This document shows positions 58,896 to 64,000 of a stretch of DNA of 64,000 nt, one piece after another. The DNA is from an uncultured Planctomycetia bacterium (GTDB lineage: Bacteria; Omnitrophota; Gorgyraeia; 2-02-FULL-51-18). Each line of letters opens with the position of its first letter. The first letter of the stretch is position 1. A program made the translations under genes and the position numbers. The stretch lies in NCBI GenBank assembly GCA_964642015.1, contig CAZXLF010000005.1, positions 139,847 to 203,846 of the forward strand. Reading direction: 5' to 3'. The notes under the pieces were generated by a model. It was not told the origin of the DNA. It worked only from the letters and a program-made list of their open reading frames with translations, and did no database searches.

Positions 58896-58923
58896 CTCTC
58901 AAAACTATTTTAAGGATTATCTT

Positions 58924-59691
58924 TTGAATCTTTTACACGCGCTTATTTTCGGTATTGTCGAAGGAATAACGGAATTCCTGCCCATTTCGTCGACCGGCCA
59001 TTTGATCCTTACCGCTCAATTGCTGAGTCTGAAGCAATCCGAGTTCATCAAAAGCTTTGAGATCACGATCCAGCTTGGGGCGATCCTTGCCGTTGTTTTG
59101 CTATATTGGCGCTCGCTGCTTATGAATTTCGAAGCTTTAAAACGTGTGATCACAGCATTCCTTCCGACTGCGGTCATCGGTTTTGCTTTATACAAGGTCA
59201 TCAAAAAATTCCTGCTTGCCGGTGACACGTTCGTGCTGTGGTCATTATTCCTGGGTGGTATTTTTCTGATCATTTTTGAATGGCGCCACAAAGAAAAAAC
59301 AGATGCAATCGAAGATATTGCAAAAATTCCCTATGGTAAAGCGGCGCTGATCGGCATCTTCCAGTCGCTGGCGGTAGTACCCGGCGTGTCCCGTTCAGCA
59401 GCTACGATTGTGGGAGGTTTGATCCTTAATATCAAAAGAAGGACAATTGTAGAATTTTCCTTCCTTTTAGCTGTTCCGACGATGCTCGCTGCTACAGCAT
59501 TGGATCTGCTGAAAAGTGCTGACACGTTCGATCAAAGCCAGTTCCTTTTCCTTACCGTCGGCTTTGTAGTATCGTTCATCGTGGCGGTCTTAAGTATCAA
59601 ATTCTTCCTTCATTTTATCAAAAAACACAGCTTGCTGCTTTTTGGAGTCTACCGCGTTCTGATTTCCCTGCTTTTTTGGTTTGTGATATAA
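58924..59691 (+). CDS. uppP: Undecaprenyl-diphosphate phosphatase
   Basis: VEGITEFLPISSTGH, PGVSRSAATI, EFSFLLAVP. Confidence 0.96.
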   Translation: MNLLHALIFGIVEGITEFLPISSTGHLILTAQLLSLKQSEFIKSFEITIQLGAILAVVLLYWRSLLMNFEALKRVITAFLPTAVIGFALYKVIKKFLLAGDTFVLWSLFLGGIFLIIFEWRHKEKTDAIEDIAKIPYGKAALIGIFQSLAVVPGVSRSAATIVGGLILNIKRRTIVEFSFLLAVPTMLAATALDLLKSADTFDQSQFLFLTVGFVVSFIVAVLSIKFFLHFIKKHSLLLFGVYRVLISLLFWFVI

Positions 59692-59702
59692 AAAGCTAAT
59701 TT

Positions 59703-59711
59703 TGTTATAAT
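59703..59711 (+). promoter_or_regulatory. Extended -10 (TGTTATAAT) for aminotransferase cluster
   Basis: 10 nt before ATG 59722; no SD visible. Confidence 0.55.
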
Positions 59712-59721
59712 CCTCATCAAG

Positions 59722-60843
59722 ATGAAACTATCCGCTTCAAATCCCAAACCTTGGGTACTAATGAATCCGGGTCCAGTGAATGTCACCCCGCGCGTGCGCA
59801 GGGCCTTGCTCAGTCCTGATATTTGTCATCGGGAAAAAGAATTTTCTCTTCTACTCAAAGAAATAAGGGGGAAAATTTTAAAAATATTCAATATTTCCGG
59901 CACTCATACCGTCGCGCTTTTTTCTGGTTCAGGAACGACAGCGCTTGAAGCGATGCTGTCCTCTGTCGCCGGTAAAGATCAAAAGATCCTCGTGCTTTCC
60001 AACGGAGTCTATGGCGAGAGGATCCGGACGATCCTTGAGATCCATGGCTCTTCGATCGACGTTCTTTCAAGCGAGATCGGCGATTTCCCGCAATTCGAAA
60101 AGATCGAGTCGCTGCTGAAGAACGATCCTTCGATCCGCGGCATCGCGATGGTGCATCATGAAACCTCGACCGGCATGCTGAATCCCATCGAAAAAGTGGG
60201 CAGGATTGCCAAAAAATATAAAAAAATCTTTCTCGTGGACGCGATCAGTTCTTTAGGCGCCGAAACTATCGACTTCAGGAAATGTTCCATCGATTATTGC
60301 GCCGGAACCGCGGGAAAATGCCTTCATGGATTCCCGGGTGTCTCATTCGTGATCCTTTCCAAAAAAGAAGCGTCGAAATTAAAGGATCAAAAACCGAAAT
60401 CACTTTACCTTGATCTATTCAACACTCTTGAATATGAAGAAAAGAACGACACACCTTTCACTCCGGCGGTGCAATTGTTCTACGCTTTCAAAGAAGCGCT
60501 GGATGAATTGAAAAAAGAAGGATTAAAGAGCCGTATCCAAAACTATGCCAAAAAAAGCGCCATTCTCGAGCAGGGTTTTATCGACCTGGGTTTGAGTTTT
60601 TTGATCGACAAAGAACACCGGTCGCATGTTCTGACGGCGCTTTGGACACCGCAAAACGTCTCGTATGACACACTGCATGACCGTTTGAAAAAAAGCGGTT
60701 TTGTTATCTATGCGGGCCAATCCAAATTGAAAAACAAGATATTCCGTGTATCAAATCTAGGCGATATTTCAGTTAAAGACCTTCACCGGTTCATTTCCAA
60801 ATTGCGCAGAATTTTATCCGGACATGCCAGAAACAGAAAATAA
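59722..60843 (+). CDS. Class V PLP aminotransferase, 2-aminoethylphosphonate transaminase-like (PhnW/AepZ)
   Basis: NPGPVN, DICHRE.EF, GSGT, NGVYGER, HHETSTG, DAISS, GKCLHG, GFVIYAGQ. Confidence 0.85.
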   Translation: MKLSASNPKPWVLMNPGPVNVTPRVRRALLSPDICHREKEFSLLLKEIRGKILKIFNISGTHTVALFSGSGTTALEAMLSSVAGKDQKILVLSNGVYGERIRTILEIHGSSIDVLSSEIGDFPQFEKIESLLKNDPSIRGIAMVHHETSTGMLNPIEKVGRIAKKYKKIFLVDAISSLGAETIDFRKCSIDYCAGTAGKCLHGFPGVSFVILSKKEASKLKDQKPKSLYLDLFNTLEYEEKNDTPFTPAVQLFYAFKEALDELKKEGLKSRIQNYAKKSAILEQGFIDLGLSFLIDKEHRSHVLTALWTPQNVSYDTLHDRLKKSGFVIYAGQSKLKNKIFRVSNLGDISVKDLHRFISKLRRILSGHARNRK

Positions 60844-61504
60844 CACGGCTTTCAAGCCGAACCGCATCCTTTCCGGCTTCCTCACTCCTCTTTTTATGCG
60901 TACCCCGATCACACCGAATCAGATCACGTCCATGAGTCTCGGCACCGGGATCATCGCAGGTTTTTTCTTTTCAAACGGAAGTTATCTCTCATCGGTCGCT
61001 GGGGCTCTAACGTTCCAATTATCCAATATCCTCGATAATTGTGACGGCGATATCGCCAGGGCCAAGAATATGAAAAGCGTTTTCGGCGGATGGTACGATA
61101 TCGTATCGGACCTTTTGACAGATATCTGTTTATTCGGAGGTATCGCAGCAGGTTTATTAAACACCAAATCATCGGGCCCTGTTGTATTGGCCTGTACCTT
61201 ATGTATCAGCGGAAGTTTTTTTCATTACCTGATCGTCGTCATGGAAAAAATAAAAGGTTTCGGGCCCGCTGTTTTTGCGCAACCGCATCCCGAAGGAGTA
61301 AAACGGAAGAGTTTTCTCTATAAAATAAAGGAGGCGCTTAGCGAAGGTGAGGCATCCTGGCTTGTTTTGATATTCTCCGTATGCCACCAAATACAGTTCA
61401 TCCTGTGGTTCGGCACGATATATATGCAGATCATCTGGATCAGCGAGCTTTTCATGAATTTCAGATGGATCTTCTTTCCGGTCCCTGAAAGAAAAATCCA
61501 ATGA
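60824..61504 (+). CDS. CDP-alcohol phosphotransferase
   Basis: TPNQIT and DNCDGDIAR...GGWYDIVSD signature. Confidence 0.92.
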   Translation: MPETENNTAFKPNRILSGFLTPLFMRTPITPNQITSMSLGTGIIAGFFFSNGSYLSSVAGALTFQLSNILDNCDGDIARAKNMKSVFGGWYDIVSDLLTDICLFGGIAAGLLNTKSSGPVVLACTLCISGSFFHYLIVVMEKIKGFGPAVFAQPHPEGVKRKSFLYKIKEALSEGEASWLVLIFSVCHQIQFILWFGTIYMQIIWISELFMNFRWIFFPVPERKIQ

Positions 61505-62493
61505 AGATCATTAAATTTCTTTTATTGGCTATCGGCTTCTACATTCTCTACATCACCATCAGAGCCGTCGGCATAGAACACATCCTTTCCAATATCGTCG
61601 CGCTCCGCTGGAAATTGTTACCGCTTCTTTTTATTTATTCATTTATTTTCTTTTTTGACACGATCGGTTGGAGTTTTGCTTTTCCGAAGAGTTTGCCCCG
61701 ACATATTCCCTTTTGGGACCTTTATCGCATCCGTATCGTCGGAGAAACTTTGAATGCCGTGATTCCCTGGGCCGCATCACTGGGAGGCGAACCGGTCAAA
61801 ACACAGCTTTTAAAAACAAGATACAACGTTCCGCTCGCGGAAGGTTATGCCTCGATATTGATCGTCCACACGACATTCTGGATCTCACTGAATATCTTCA
61901 TCATAGGAGCGATCCTCGCAACACTGCGAGCGATGCCTTTGACTCCTGTGCTTTGGCAAAGCGTAATGATCTTTCTTTTCGTTCTCGGGATCATAGCAGC
62001 GCTTCTTGTGATCGGGTTGCATTTCGGCATCTTCAAGAAAGTGCACCGCGTCGGGGAGTCGCTCAAATGGTGGGGTGACAAATCCGAAGAGAAGAAACAT
62101 AGATTTCTCCAACTTGACAGCGAGATAAAAAAATTTTATACCTCGGACCCGCGCCGTTTTCTCGCATCGATATTTTTCAACTTCATCGGTTGGTTCGTCG
62201 GTGTCTTTGAAGTTTATTGGATCGCAAAGATCCTGCATATTCCCATCAATTTCGCCGAAGCATGGCTTTTTGAGGCGCTTATTCAAGTCTTAAGGATCAT
62301 CACGTTCATTATCCCCTCTAGTATCGGCACGCAGGAAGGCGGTATTGTGCTGATCTTCGTTCAATTCGGCCTCGACAAATCGCTTGGTCTCATGTTCGCG
62401 ATCGTACGGCGCATGCGAGAGATCGTGTGGCTGAGCTTCGGTCTTCTTTTGTGGTTCATGATCGAAGACCGGCCGAAATTAAAAAAATCATGA
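61501..62493 (+). CDS. Lysylphosphatidylglycerol-synthase TM / flippase-like (UPF0104) protein
   Basis: GETLN...GGEPVK and IPSSIGTQEGG motifs; multi-TM. Confidence 0.85.
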   Translation: MKIIKFLLLAIGFYILYITIRAVGIEHILSNIVALRWKLLPLLFIYSFIFFFDTIGWSFAFPKSLPRHIPFWDLYRIRIVGETLNAVIPWAASLGGEPVKTQLLKTRYNVPLAEGYASILIVHTTFWISLNIFIIGAILATLRAMPLTPVLWQSVMIFLFVLGIIAALLVIGLHFGIFKKVHRVGESLKWWGDKSEEKKHRFLQLDSEIKKFYTSDPRRFLASIFFNFIGWFVGVFEVYWIAKILHIPINFAEAWLFEALIQVLRIITFIIPSSIGTQEGGIVLIFVQFGLDKSLGLMFAIVRRMREIVWLSFGLLLWFMIEDRPKLKKS

Positions 62494-63212
62494 AAGCCAT
62501 CCTTTTAGCGGCCGGCGTCGGCAAACGCTTCGGCAGAGAAACAGAAGCTCTTCCTAAATGCCTGATCTCTCTCGGCGAACGCCGCGGAAATCTGATGTCG
62601 CGTTATTTTGAATCGTTCAGAAAACTCGGTTTAAAAAAGATCGTGATCGTCTGCGGACACAAAATAGAAAAGATCAAAGAAGAATGCAAAAGATCGGGAC
62701 AAGGACTTGATATTAAGTTGATCTATAACAAGCAATACAAAAAAGGCAGTATCCTCTCACTTCACAGCGCTTCGAAAGAGCTCAATGAAAACTGTCTGGT
62801 CATGGATGCTGATGTCTATTTTCCGAGCGAAGCACTGAAAAAACTTGTTCGCTCGAAGAAAAAGGATGCTTTCCTTGCCGACACGCGGGTCAAAAGTACC
62901 GGCGAAGAACAAATGCTAATGACGAGAAACGGGCGTTTGGTTTTGATCTCAAAAAAGATCGATCCCAAACTCAAGATCATCGGTGAATCGATAGGATTTC
63001 TGAAATTAAGCAAAAAAAGTGCCTTTTACCTTAAAAATATCCTGAAAGAATTCGTCAAAAAAGGAAGGGTCAACATCGAACACGAGGAAACATATCCTGT
63101 GTTGATGCAAAAAGTCAGGATCGGTTTTGAGAATATGAACGGATTTTTCTGGAGCGAGATCGATTTTAAAGAAGATCTGGAAAAGATCTTGAAATACACA
63201 AGCAAAAATTAG
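62490..63212 (+). CDS. LicC/PntC-like cytidylyltransferase
   Basis: KAILLAAGVGKRF..PKCL, MDAD, GESIG, WSEIDFKEDL; ATG 62490 overlaps the upstream stop. Confidence 0.87.
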   Translation: MKAILLAAGVGKRFGRETEALPKCLISLGERRGNLMSRYFESFRKLGLKKIVIVCGHKIEKIKEECKRSGQGLDIKLIYNKQYKKGSILSLHSASKELNENCLVMDADVYFPSEALKKLVRSKKKDAFLADTRVKSTGEEQMLMTRNGRLVLISKKIDPKLKIIGESIGFLKLSKKSAFYLKNILKEFVKKGRVNIEHEETYPVLMQKVRIGFENMNGFFWSEIDFKEDLEKILKYTSKN

Positions 63213-64000
63213 AATTTTCTGCGATCTAAAATGCGTTTGAGTTTCCTGTCCGTCCTGAGAGTCCCTTTGGGGTGCACTTTCGCATCGATCTTCACATAAC
63301 CTGATTCATAAAACTTCCAATTCTCAGGAAGCTCCTTTTTTATCTTCAAATGAACTTTTTCTTTAAGTTCCGCTTCATTCAAACTCCCGTTCTTCGTTTC
63401 GACATTGAAAGTAATAAGGTCCTTGTTCCCTTCTTTATCCACCGTGATCTGCCAGTCTTCAGTAATACCGTCCATCCCTTTAAATAACGGCTCAAACATC
63501 CACGGCGCGATATTGCCCATTGCGGTCGCCATCCATTCATCGACCCGGCCTTTTAATTTTTCAATGCGTCGGCCCGGCAGGCCGCTTTTGGAAGGTGTGT
63601 CAATGAAACGCGTGATGTCACCGGAGCGGTAACGCACAAGCGGCATCACGCGCCGGTTCAGCGTCGTATAAACGAGTTCTCCGTAACCATCCTTATCCGG
63701 GTTGATGATCTCAAAATAATTATGAAATTCATTCAAATGATATCCTTCCTTGCCGCGTGATTCGATACCGATCGCTCCAAACGCCTCCGTCTGGCCGTAG
63801 CTTAAAATAAGGTCTGTTTTCCAGACATGTTCCACAAATCGCCGTGTTTCCTCAGTGAGATTTTCTCCGCCGGCGATGATAAGCTTGAGAGGCCAGGGTC
63901 CTTTTTTCTGGACGATCTCCGAAAGCCGCACGATCCACGATGGATCTCCGACGATCACTGTAATGCCGTAATCCTTCAGACGATCGTAAAACTCCTCCGG
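63209..64000 (-). CDS. Phenylacetate-CoA ligase family protein (3' part; begins outside window)
   Basis: GGE, YGQTE, GELVYTTL, PLVRYRSGD, GRVD; frame open to the window end. Confidence 0.85.
   Translation of the reverse strand, partial: PEEFYDRLKDYGITVIVGDPSWIVRLSEIVQKKGPWPLKLIIAGGENLTEETRRFVEHVWKTDLILSYGQTEAFGAIGIESRGKEGYHLNEFHNYFEIINPDKDGYGELVYTTLNRRVMPLVRYRSGDITRFIDTPSKSGLPGRRIEKLKGRVDEWMATAMGNIAPWMFEPLFKGMDGITEDWQITVDKEGNKDLITFNVETKNGSLNEAELKEKVHLKIKKELPENWKFYESGYVKIDAKVHPKGTLRTDRKLKRILDRRKF

Noticed and set aside
58840-58923. Possible glmS ribozyme
   Set aside because: The intergenic region is only 84 nt, AT-rich and occupied by divergent promoters.

Overview
This 64-kb bacterial chromosomal window is mostly on the minus strand. 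The gene content (stand-alone SWIB protein, pyrR-type pyr operon, lipid A acyltransferase) suggests a diderm PVC-like lineage such as Omnitrophota, but that is inference only. Housekeeping blocks are purB-S-Q-L-(orf)-F-M-D, hemW-TPR-aguB-aguA-lpxL, a complete F1Fo atp operon ending in tRNA-Asp, pyrR-B-C-carA-carB-pyrK-D-F...pyrE, and glmS-rsmI. Accessory content includes an ECF sigma/anti-sigma/repeat-protein module, a tight 8-gene redox operon with a signal-peptide-bearing MEMO1-AMMECR1 fusion, two secreted LpqC-type esterases, a putatively exported Hsp20, and a 4-gene aminoethylphosphonate-type lipid headgroup cluster. The main non-coding observations are four. (1) Both tRNA genes are preceded by a similar small element: a copy of that tRNA's own 5' end, a shared CCRCCA-AAAGC-GGCGG hairpin, and an antisense copy of the tRNA 5' end. 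(2) The PyrR attenuator contains a hidden 28-aa leader ORF coupled to pyrR. (3) A multi-hairpin leader precedes an R/G/N-rich protein and an Upf1-like helicase. (4) A heptamer microsatellite lies inside pyrK. No CRISPR array, rRNA, transposase or integrase was seen.
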